A stretch of DNA of 64,000 bases from Takakia lepidozioides (taxonomy: Eukaryota; Plantae; Bryophyta): positions 34,038,001-34,102,000 of the forward strand of contig CM060733.1 of NCBI GenBank assembly GCA_030704615.1, written 5' to 3'. A program made the translations under genes and the position numbers. Every line of letters starts with the position of its first letter. Within the stretch, counting starts at the first letter, position 1. The notes under the pieces were generated by a model, which was given only the letters and a program-made list of their open reading frames with translations, was not told the DNA's origin and did not search any database. Below are positions 50,106 through 61,278 of this stretch, one piece after another.

Positions 50106-52144
50106 GGTGTTGAACTACAAATTGGATATATCCCACACTTTCAACTCTCTCACCCATTTTACATTAACTGTAGCAGGAACTTCTCGAGGATCTTGTCGAC
50201 AGCGAACTGAAGGAGTACTACCGGGAGTGGCCTGCGAAGATTGTATGGTCTACCGATGAACAAAGGCTCCTGAAGTTGTCAAAGCTCCTCAACGATCCCA
50301 ATAAGGCGCAAAAGTTTGATACAACAATGCCGGAGAAAGTTGCGCATGCGCGAATGTTATTCAACCTGAGGGGGAAGCCAAAGAAATACAACGATCACAC
50401 CACCAAGTCCGAGACGAAACAATGGAAGGTATGCATTTGGAATCAAAATCTACTATTCACATTCATTTTATGCTAAAGAATACTTCTGTTGTCGGGAGTG
50501 ACAACTAATTTATCCCTGAATGAATGTGCAGGAGTTCATGTTTGCCTGTCATTTGATACTTGAAATGGTAGACATTAAGGAAGCAATGGTCCCGGTACTT
50601 TGCGACGACGACGTTTGGAAGATCTGGGAAGATGTTTTCAAAAACTGGGAGGAGGGAAAGCTACTCGACCCGCTTGGGATACAGTACAAGGGTGAACACA
50701 ACAGCTCACGAAATCTGCTATCGCAAAGCTGCAAGGGTTGAACAGATGCAGCTGATAAAAGTTGCGCAGAAAATCCTGGACCTGAAATTGACCATTCGAG
50801 ATTACAAAGGTCAAGACAAATCAATTCAAGGCATGAACAAGTACATAGATGACATGAAAATGCGCCGGTTTATTGTCGACGATGTGATGGAAGTGTTGGG
50901 GTGGCCTCGGAGGAGCAAACAGTGCACGGAACCGTACACTAAGGACGAGTGGCGTGAAGTGAAGAGAAAGTACCACTTCAATAAGGCAGAGTTCTCAACA
51001 TTTAAAGACAAAGGGGACGGATTACATCCAAAGCAAGATCAAGATGAACATGGAGACAAAACCACTCACGGCCGCTTTTGTTAAGTACGTCTCCTCCATC
51101 AAGAAAGCTTATGAGGATAGAGAGGATGCCATGGCGATTATTTCAGCGAGTTTCAAGACTCATTACGCTATCATGGTGGAGAAAGAAAAAATTCGCCGAT
51201 GCCAAGTCCCGTCTGCGACTCGCACCGAAGAAACGGTTTGACAACATAGCGATGGTGTTCGTCAATACAGTTTCTGAAGACGACTCTGTCGTATTTGAGT
51301 CCAAGGATTTTGTGAACATACTGGAGGCCTTTGTGGCTCAGAAAATGAACACGAGTGCTTTTGTTTTCTTCTCAACGCAACCGTCCTCGGCCAATCTGGT
51401 CTCCTACATCCAAAATGGTCCCGGAAGAACATCGTATCTTGTCCGTCAGGGATTTTATGTTCCGGGAGAGTATGAAAATATTTACAAAAACAGCACGAAG
51501 ACTTTCTCTCGGACTGTACTGTGCCTGGACTATGTTTTCCAGCGACACACCTGAGGAGATGCAGAATCCGGACGAGCACATCTCCACCGTACTGTTAATC
51601 GAGCCAATACAGCCGATTCTGGAAGGGCCCTCTGAGAAGCCATCAACTTTTGAAGAAGAGTGCAAGACTTATAATCATGAGCTACGAGCTGACACATACG
51701 ACTATTTGGCCTCCCTGTTTTGTCGAGACGGGATGTCCGCTGTCAACATTCGGAGGCGTGATTGACGTACGCCTTCATGTAAGTGTAAAACCTTTTTACA
51801 TTTAAATACGAATTTTACATTTTTGATGTACGTCCTCTGTTTTACTGACTGGGTTTATCTGCAGGCAAGAAACATTCGAGTGCTTGACATCAACCACTCA
51901 ACCAAAAAAAGTTTTGCAAAGGAAAAGTTGAAGCGAATTTTAAGAAGCTTCAAATTGAGATGACAATGTTGCTGAAGAGGTTGACGGCGGAGACGATGAT
52001 GAGGATGAGGAGGAGGAAGATGAAGACTTGGAAGAAGGAGGCGGACATTCTGAACACGGAGAGGAGGACGAGGGCATCGATGGTAACGGGGACAACGAGG
52101 GCCACGATGGTGACAATGCAAACCGTTGGGAGCTGGACACCTAG
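49055..52144 (+). pseudogene. Spliced, frameshifted gene: ParB/Srx-like domain + SAM-dependent (beta-class N6A/N4C-like) methyltransferase fold + acidic tail
   Basis: VYGPLNIKHKDEV...FFVIGGQHTIVAAK (ParB-like; GGQH at 50013-50024). YNHELRADTYDYLASLFCRDGMSAVNI(F)GG.../ARNIRVLDIN..FAKEKLKRI (resembles motif X-I-II). D/E-rich tail. Probable GT-AG introns at ~50043-50177, ~50429-50531 and ~51779-51864. Confidence 0.5.
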
Positions 52145-52823
52145 ATGTGATTCAGGACTTCAGAACTCAGTCACAGATGGTATGAGAACATCACCCAAGA
52201 CGTTGCGGTCCACAATGTCGTGATTCTGGATGGGGATTCGTCGAGTTCAGCGAGAGAACTAAGAGTAATCCTGCTTCACCATCAAGGGGTGCGGAGGCGA
52301 GCTCAATCGAGGTGCGCGGCAATTTATTGGGAGTGCAGACGACTGGTTCAAACCTGTAGAAGGGGACAGCCGGTGCCAATGTCCCCGTCTCCCGCCAAGA
52401 GAGGGTAGAGAGAGCGAGGACAAAGAGCCCGTGTCCCAAAAAAGACAGCGGGGGCTTTAGCCTGTCTCCCCCACATTTTTGGTGACGGCTCTTAGTCCTC
52501 CCTCCCAAAAAAAAACACGGAGGCAGAGGCCGAACTCAGAGCCCAACTCACTCTCAAAGTGTCTCCCAACATTTCAATTTGGATGTAGGTAACGAATGAC
52601 ACCTGGAGATTTATGGTGTCTTTAAAAATTATAATGGAAACAAATTGTGTGTATTGCATCTGGTTGTGTTCTGGTTGTGTTTTTTGGCAATACCTGATCT
52701 GTATCTTGATATTTCCCACCTTCTTGAACTTTACATGTGACTAACGGTAAATAAAACTCGTATAGATCCATGAACGGAAATTGGAGGAAATCACACAAAC
52801 CCGGACAGAATCCATTGCGACTC

Positions 52824-53349
52824 TGTCGTGCGCATACATATCGCTACACAACTACATCGCTGTCCAAACCACACCACACATATATGCACAATAAAGTAGT
52901 CTACCACAATAGTGATAACCAAACTAGAAAAAAGACACACACTCTCAACACAAGAAATATGCAATCCCTCAACATCACTCTTTAAGATAATAGTCGAACC
53001 AGGGGCACCCCAAGCTATGGGGACTCCACCCCACAACAACCTACACTCCCATCATAAGCACACTCAGATCTGAAGAATGCAGGAGCTCGGTCGCGCAGGC
53101 TCAACTCGAGAAAGATGAGCCGCGCGACTGCGCTCTCGTGAAGATAAGACGGACAGGTGTCAAACTAAACTTGACACCTGATTTAACACTTGCCCTAAAT
53201 CCAGTGTTAAATACAAATAACTAGTTTTATGCTAGCTGTTTCACACTGTGCTTATTAACTTGACAGCTGTCGTGCGCATACATATCGCTACACAACTACA
53301 TCGCTGTCCAAACCACACCACCATATATGCACAATAAAGTAGTCTCACA
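52824..53349 (-). repeat. 3' LTR of the DNMT-Gypsy with an ~80-bp direct repeat at both ends
   Basis: Begins TGTG immediately after the PPT and ends ...GCGCACGACA; 52824-52902 is nearly identical to 53268-53345. Confidence 0.7.
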
Positions 53350-53609
53350 ATCGCCCCCCCTAGCTGGTGGATAGGTCCCTCTACCTCCAGATAGCTACAA
53401 GACGTAATAGCCATAGCCGTACTAAGTCCTCTATCACTGTCCCTATCGTACTCAAACTCTATAGACCAAGAGGCCGGGTACAAGGGTAGCCCCATCGTTA
53501 GTCTCCGTCTTGCAATCTGTGAACTTGAGCCAGGACTTCGTGTATTCAAGGTATCATGTAGCTGGGCCTTGCGTTGCTTGTTAGCCTTCCATGGTTGTAT
53601 CCACTCCCA

Positions 53610-53755
53610 CTATCCAATGCATTGTGGATATAACCAATCCCCATCCGGAACCATCTCAAAGAGGTGGAGTCAAGCATCCCATATGCCAACCTCTAGAGCA
53701 TCGATCACACACCAGCATGGTGGCTGCCCTTTAGCAGACCCACACAACATGCACC
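53610..53755 (-). CDS. PHD finger at the integrase C-terminus (two 1-bp frameshifts)
   Basis: Reconstructed as CMLCGSAKG-AATMLVCDRCSRGWHMGCLTPPL-EMVPDGDWLYPQC, a C4HC3 pattern with the seventh ligand C replaced by Y. Confidence 0.85.
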
Positions 53756-56700
53756 TCAAACCAGCAGATACCACTGCCAGGTTTGGGTATCCTGCCATCG
53801 ACATTTGGAAGGTGACATGGCGCACAATTACGCACATGGTCCTTCCAGTTATGCCATCCCGACCCTCCAAGACCAAGACGCCTGAGGGCAAGACCTCTCG
53901 AACCCTCAAAAATAACACGTCTGCAGTCACATCCAAGGTCGTAGGAGCAGTCTGCTGCAGATAGACATAGTCACCAGGGTTGAATCTCCGAACCCAGGAC
54001 GATAGCCCCACCACGTATGATAGCATACCTCAACGTATCACGGTATTGTGCAATGGCAAGGTTCTCGAAAGCCATGGGCATGACTCTCTTGAACAACTCT
54101 GCACGCTGCTCACATGCACTTGCCCACACATCCGGATCGTCAAGGTTAAGAACTGTAGCAGCAGCTTCTCTGCGAATGGATGTAGGCAAATCCGACTCTC
54201 GGCCAAAGAGAAGAAAGTATGGTGAGAAGGAGGCAAGTGATGCTTGCTTGCTGAACCTGTAGCCCATGGCTAACCAGGGTAACTGAAGGTCCAATCTCCT
54301 AGGTGTCCCTTGCAAGCCATACTTGCGCAAACCCCTCTTACTGTCTGAACAACTCTCTCTGCCAAGCCATCGGCCTCAGGATGATCCCGAGAAGTGGTGC
54401 GGTGGTCTATCAAGGCCTTGTCACACAAAGCCTGAAACTCCCAAGAACTCTCTCCCTTGGTCCGTGAGTACCTCAGCTGGAGCACCGAATCGGCTAAGCA
54501 CACAATCCAGGAATGCATACGCAGCTCCCTCACTAGTCTTATCAGGCAATGGAACCAATTCAATCCACTTGGAGAAGTGCTCCACCATCACCAACACGTA
54601 CTTGTTGTGGCGCATGGTCAGTGGCAACGGCCCTGCGAAGTCAAGACTCTCCACCTGTAGCCCAATCCCATGATTGGAAGAGGGTGCAATTGTGGAGTAG
54701 GGGCGTTGAAAATGAAGCACGCACCCTGTCACACACCATGCACCTAGCCACAAATTGTTGCAACTCTGTGTGCATACCACGCCACCAATATTGCCCTGCA
54801 GTAGACTATGAGTGCGTCGACCCCAAAATGCCCCAACTCCTCATGGGCATGCCGCACTAACCGTGCCCGCTGTGTTGGGTGAGGCCAATCCTCACTCGAC
54901 CATCCTCCCACTCGGGTGTGTCCCCTCCCACCTGAACCTCTTGGCTCGTTGTAGGATCTGATCCCCTCCTTGGCAGTCATAGTGGCTGCCGTGTCTCCAC
55001 TGCGGAGGTAGTCCAACACAACTGAATCCTCATGTATATCTTTGGCGCCACCTTGCTCATTGCTGGCCTCAGGGGTCCTCAGACACTTGATCTACAGTCA
55101 TCCCTGTTGTAGGTCTAACCTGGCCTTCCGCTGCCAAGATACACAGAAATGCAGATGCATGCCATTCCGGGCACCATCTCCTCGTCCGTCTCACCATGCC
55201 ACCGAGCTCCAGTGTCATCCTGCTGGCTCGTGCATGGATTGCGACTCAACCCATCTGCATTTCGATTGACCAAACCCGGTCGATGCACCACCTGAAAGTC
55301 ATACTCTTGAAGGATGAGTGCCCACCGTGCAAGCTTCCCCGTAAGCTTGTCTGACTCCATCAACCACTTGAGTGGTTGGTGATCCGTGACAAGGGTGAAG
55401 AGATTGCCGTATAGATAGCACCTGAAGTGTGCCACGGCCCACACTGCAGCTAAGCATTCTCCCTCATATGAGCTATACTTAGACTCTGCAGCATTGTTCG
55501 AGCGGCTAGCATAAGCCACTACGAACTCTCTTCCCTCATCATCCACCTGTGTGAGCACCGCTCCAAGCCCCAGCATGCTCCAATCTGTATGCAGCTGAAA
55601 AGGACGCCCCCTGATAGGTCGTCTCAAGATGGGCGCCGAGGTCAACCTCGCCTTGAGCTCTTGAAAAGCTTGTTCTTGCTCATCTTCCCACTGCCACTCC
55701 TGGTCCACCTTGGTCAGCTTGGTTAGAGCCTTTGCAATGGCACTAAATCCCTTAACAAACCGTCTGTAATAGTTTGCTAACCCCATGAAAGCTCGAACTC
55801 GGCTCACATCCGTGGGGCGTGGAACCTGTGCAATGGACTCTACCTTAGTCTGCTGTACCCCCAATCCTCCAGGATATATCATGTGACCCAGATACTCAAT
55901 CTGGTTGTGGAAAAACTTGCACTTGCCCGGATGTAACTTCAATCCGTGCGTCCTCAAGCGCTCAAATACCCCTGAAGGTGTCTCTCATGCTCCTCCACCG
56001 TAGCACTAAAGATGATGATGTCATCTATGTAGCACCGAGCAAACTCCACCCCTGCTAGAATCCTGTCCATGACTCTTTGAAACTCAGCGGGAGCGTTTTT
56101 AAGCCCAAATGGTAAGAACCGCCACTGGTATAGGCAATCCTTCCCGTGCTCATTGATCCCCCAGAATGCCGTCTTTTGCTTATCCGCCTCCTTGATCGGC
56201 AACTGGTGATATCCGGATCGTAAATCCAACGTGCTAAAGACCTTGGAATGCCCAATGGCATCAAAGATCTCCTCTGGTGTCGGCATGGCATACCTATCGG
56301 ACTTGGTCTGACGATTTACAGGCCGGTAATCACCGCACATACGTCTCTCCGTCCAATTGCCATAGACATCCTTCTTAGCTGGCATCACTGTGGCTGAAGC
56401 ATACTCTCCCAGAGAGCTCCACCAAACCTGCCTCCCAGAGATCTTGAGTCCTCATCTGAATCAAAGACCTCTCCATGTCACTGTATCTATAGGGTCTCCG
56501 AAAGATTGGCGTGTCAGTGGCCAACTCAATACGGATCTCTTGACCCTTCAGTGCTCCCAAGTCCTTCAAACTGAGGCAAAGCAATTCCTGTAAGCCCTCA
56601 GGAACCGCCGTATACGTCGTCTCTCTCCTCCGGTGACAATGGGTCCAATGTCAGGCTCCCAATTGTCCTCCGTAACTGCAACCTTAAGTCCAGTGGGCTT

Positions 56701-57039
56701 AGAGGTAGAGGACGCGTCCCGTGGTTGCTATGCTGCAACCTCTTGAGCAGTACTCCCTTCCTGCTCAGTCAATGACAAGGCCTCATCCTGCCCCATCATC
56801 TCATCATTGAGACCTCCTCATCCCGAGAAGAATCCCCAACCTCATCCATCACAGCTGCCTTGGCTGCCAACTCCCTTTGAACCTCGAGCACCTCCCACGT
56901 GTGCCATGGATGTCTACACCCGTGGTCCTCACCGGCTCGCCCCCACTCGCTGCCTGTACCGTCTCGGTAGGCAGAGAGACCATCAAGGGAAGTGCACTCG
57001 CACTCTACGTTGCTCAGCCATAGCCAAGCTGATAATCCA

Positions 57040-58010
57040 GGTCAAGCAATTGAGATCCATTGCTTGCCCAACACCTGACGACGTGATGCCTCAGAAAGAG
57101 AAGGCACCGCCGTGGTCCCAGTGGAAAACCCATAGCCCGCTCTCGCTCGTCGGCATTAGGCTCCACTAACTGCAACTGAGCATCCCAAGGAGGCCAGGTC
57201 CACCATCCCGAAAAGCATGGGATCCTGGGAAGCTGAGCAGTGTAGGTAATGCTGCTCGTGGTTGACCCACCTGTTGACCACTGCCAAAGGCGAACGGTCA
57301 TCGTGTCTCACACGTTGAGACTGCCTCCCTGTGTCCAAAATGCCATCCACGGTGAGGTGTGCTGGCCGCTGCACCCCATCAAATGCACGCTTGAGCAGTG
57401 CGGGTGGCATCAAGTTAGTCCACCATAGCCGTGGACGATGAGCCCGTGACCCCACTGCAGCTGCATCCAGCAACACTGCTGACCCAAGCCACGACCGGAC
57501 TTGATGCACACTGGCCATCACCCTGGCCCGAGAATCACCCATCAGTGGCACATTCTCCAAGATGTATGCCGGAGATACAGCTTGATGAAGCTGCAAGTGG
57601 CGCAAAATCCGCACCATCTCCCAAAACAGACCCGTCCTCGAGTCTCGCAATCCATTGCCATGCCCGGCTGATGAATGCCCTTGGCAGGGCCAACCTGCCA
57701 CTACCAGATCAATGGAGCCAACCCGCTCCAAATCCTGCGCCCCCAGCAACGAATGTCTGCTGGCAAGGCTGTTGTATCCACGAACTGCAGACACTGGCAA
57801 CAATCAGGGTACTGCTGCACCAATCTGAGCAACATGGCGCAGTGAGACGCGTCGTGCAGTCTCATCCCTCTCCACATACAGGTAACGTCGAACTCGTACA
57901 CCTGCCTGCAGCACTGCAGCCAATCCAGTGCTGATCCCGCCAAACAAGTCCAGAAGGCATATGCCTTCATCCGGCACTGCCACACAAGATGTGGTGTCCA
58001 ATGGCGACAA
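57040..58010 (-). CDS. C5 cytosine DNA methyltransferase domain (DNMT3-like) within Gypsy pol; split by frameshifts
   Basis: Motif I LLDLFGGISTG (~57933-57953), motif II YLYVE, motif IV DLVVAGWPCQ (57681-57710), motif VI YILENV (~57550), motif VIII AHRPRLWWTN (~57420-57440), motif IX ERERAMGF (~57125-57148), motif X RRQVLGQAMD (~57055-57085). Confidence 0.92.
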
Positions 58011-61000
58011 CTGAGGTGGTCCTGGTGCAATACCCGCACTCTCCTCCTCTCCTGACGGTACAAAAGCCTACCCAGGCTTGTTGCACCCGTCATCAGCAAC
58101 CTGCTGCAAATCCTTGCTCGTACCCCACAATGGAGTGTGAGCAACCATGGCAGGCAACTCCGCCATACCATGCATGTCATCCTGCTCTGCTGGAGGTGGC
58201 ACATCCTCTGCATGGGCATTGCCTTCCAGCAACTCTCCAGGCCAACTAACTGCAGCTGTAAAGGCGGCTAGTGTTGGCATCTTGCCCCGCTGGGCAGCCG
58301 CAATACCCCCAATGAATGTCACAGGGAGCTGTGCACGGCGACCATCCCCTGACTGCCATCCAGGCTGTAGGATGCTGACTCCTCCCAAAAGTCCAGGGTG
58401 AAGCCCATGGGGTATAACACTGCCCCACCAACGAGGACATCGTAAGAGACCGCGTCTGTCACAAATGGCTTACTGAGCCATCTATAGGATGATCCGGCTG
58501 CAGTCTAATGCCAACTGATGCCGTGTCATGCCCGAGCCTGCTCTGATCCTCCCAGAGATGTCTGTATCTGGAAAGGACAAGGCTCCATATCCGCTCCATG
58601 AGGCCCAAACCTGCAATAGCAGCTCTGCCCAACATCAGTGGCTGAGCTCCCGAGTCCAACAAGACCCGCAGTGGCCGGTACTTCTTGCCTGCCGGTCCAC
58701 TCAAAGTGAAAATGCCATCCTGGTTGTCTAACAAGACAACTCCAGGTGTCACCATGGCGCGCTCAAAGGCTGGCCTAGCTGGCAGCTCCGTCAACTGGCA
58801 GCTGCAGCTTGCCATGGCGCAGCCGTGGCAGTCTTGACCCTCAAATCCGAGGATCCCTCTGCCACTACACCTTCCACTAACTCCGCAGAAGATGAAGTGA
58901 CCTCCCCACTCTCACAGAGTGTTGCTGCTAGTCTGAACACTGCAGCTGGTCTTACCCCGGCGTCGCAATCATGGTTGCCGAGAACAGTGGGGCTTGACAC
59001 ACAGAGGTGGCTGCCCCAACAACACACCGGCTGCACTAGCCTTAGCAGGTGTCAGTGCTGCACGTGTAGCTCTCCCCAATGGCATAGTAACCTCCGCCTC
59101 GGTAACAGTCGGGCGAGAACTAGGTGCCATGGATGGCGTCGACACTGTCTCCGCCAAGTGTGAATGACTGAGGAAGCCTCGCCTGACGGCTTGCCTCCCC
59201 ACGTTGTGGATCCAATTCCACCTCTGCACCTCGTGGCTCAGGAACTCGTGCTGCTCCTCGAGTCACGGCTGCAGCAGACTCCACCTGCTCTAGTGGTAGT
59301 GCTGCTCCGCACATGAATCCCATGCCTCCCATATCTCCTCCCTCAGGAGCAGGAGGTGGACCATCCCGCCTGGGAGCCGGTACCGCCTGAGCTATAGCCA
59401 TGGCAGCGAGCCTCTGCTCTAGCTGCTGAAGCCGTTGGCCATGCCTTGGTCAACACCCTGACCTCCGCGTCCTTGGCCATGTGGAGCTTGCCCTTGGCCT
59501 GCACCTCGTGCCCGACCACCTCGTCCTCTTTGGGCTGGTCCACCTCGCCCCCGGCCACCATTGTTCCCTTGGAACTGGCCTGGGCGCAACTCAGGATGCA
59601 AGTCATAACACTGGGCATCTCCATGCCCATACTTGCCACAATGCCCACACTGCAACTGTGCAGGCTGTGCTTGTGCCGGCCTTTGCCACTCTCTGGGCAA
59701 TCTCTCTTGACATGGGGTCCTCCACATGTCCAACATCACCCCTGGTTGCTGTTGGCCTGCAAAAGATGCCACGGGCCTCTGCACCTGAGCCCCTGTAAGC
59801 TCCATGGAACTTGGGCTGGGCAACCTTGCCCCCCTGACCACGCTGTTGGGCAGTCCCTTGTGCCTGTGGCTGACAGCTCTGCCCGTGCAGGCATGTCCTT
59901 GCCAAATCCAATTGTAACAACTCGCTCCTCCACCATGTTGAGCTCAATCCGCTCAGCCAGCAGAAAACAATCTGCTAATGTGGGTTGGGCTGCTTGTAAC
60001 AAGGTTGCATCTCGCACCCTTCTCTTGAGCTCCTTGTCCAGAATTCCATACCAAAACTGGATTGCCTGAGCTTCAGTAACCCCTTGGGTCACACTTATCA
60101 AGCGCTCATACGAGTGTACGCCTCTCGCAGGCTCTCACTGGGTTTGCGCTGGAAGTCTTGCAAACTTCGCAGCTTCTCTGTCCGTACACCTTGGTAGTTC
60201 CTCCGCAACTCCTGGAAGAACTCCACCACCGGGTTGAATCTAGGACATGTGTTGTAGTCGTGGCAGGAGGAGTAGTAGCACCTTTTGAACTGGTACCACC
60301 TACAGAAGTACCAGCACTACTTGCTCCACTACTAGTGCGGCAGTGGGAGCTATTGGTACTGATGCAGCTACTGGTCGCGTCGTGCCTCGAGTAATGGAGA
60401 CGTAGTCAGTGACCAATACATCCTCCACTCCTCAATCTCTGCTTTATGTCCCGCCTGAACTCGTGGTAATCGTCCATAGGCGGGCCTTCAAATGCTGGAA
60501 CAGTCCCTTCCACGCCATGAATGGGGTGAATAGTTGTGGATTGCGCATCTGCTGCAAATCACACCAGCTGTCAACTCCTGGATAAAGTCATCCAACTCGA
60601 TTGTGCCCACAGCTCCAGAGTACCTACGACCCCTTGGTAGCTCCATACATCTCCTCCATGTCGTCCCACAACAATGGCGAATGAAAGTGCACACTGTGAT
60701 GAAGCCTCCGAGTCTGTGTCTGACTCTACAGTAATTGAGGGTGCGGTGAAGGTGGCTGAACCGAATACCTCGTCTTGTGAACCCACTCTCATACTGCCTG
60801 TAGCCGTACTCCCCTAAAACCCTTGGGTAACTCCGTAATGACACTCACAATGTGCACCTCCTCCACGTGACAATATAAGGCTCTAGTACTAATCTAATAG
60901 TGACACGGGTGGGCACCTTGCAGTCAAGGGTCATATCCCAATGGCTCAGGGCACCTGCACCTGCATCCACCGCAAAGAACTCCTATGGTTGGCTGTGTTA

Positions 61001-61119
61001 GAGGACTGTAGGGGACTTAGACACTTATACGGGATCTGTAGGGTACCCTTAATTTTGCACAGACTGAGACAAACAGGAACCTTAGGGGTGACAGCAGCGC
61101 ACTGTAGAGGGGGTTTACA

Positions 61120-61278
61120 CTCACAGTCACAGCGCCAACACAGTCACAGTCACAGACATTCACAGTCACAGTCGTCACAGTCACAGCCCACACAGTCACA
61201 GTCGTCACAGCAGACACAGCCCACACAGCCAGTCACAGACATCACAGCCCGACACAGCCAAACACAGCTTGACACAGC
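61120..61278. repeat. (CACAGT/CACAGC)n degenerate microsatellite in the DNMT-Gypsy leader
   Basis: Runs of CACAGT CACAGT CACAGA..., CACAGC. Confidence 0.8.

Larger units (their letters stand above)
52824..61278 (-). mobile_element. Ty3/Gypsy LTR retrotransposon encoding a DNMT3-like cytosine methyltransferase and a PHD finger (frameshifted)
   Basis: Order on the minus strand: gag (~60840-59900), CCHC knuckles (CWTCGGPH..C, CGHCGKYGHGDAQC), protease VLLDSGA (~58650), DNMT (~58010-57040), RT (LDLRSGYHQ, YIDD ~56020), RNase H (LHTDWS, TDHQPL, NADGLSR), integrase (HEELGHFG, SLDFAG, TDQGREF, GLAERVV), PHD (~53755-53610), G-rich PPT (53350-53364), LTR. Confidence 0.92.

Noticed and set aside
57040-58010. 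DNMT as bacterial restriction-modification contamination or as a host DNMT3 gene
   Set aside because: It is collinear with, and on the same strand as, the flanking protease and RT; no introns or partner nuclease were seen
52824-61278. DIRS/Ngaro element, suggested by the split direct repeats
   Set aside because: It encodes an aspartic protease and a DDE integrase in Gypsy order, and no tyrosine recombinase was seen
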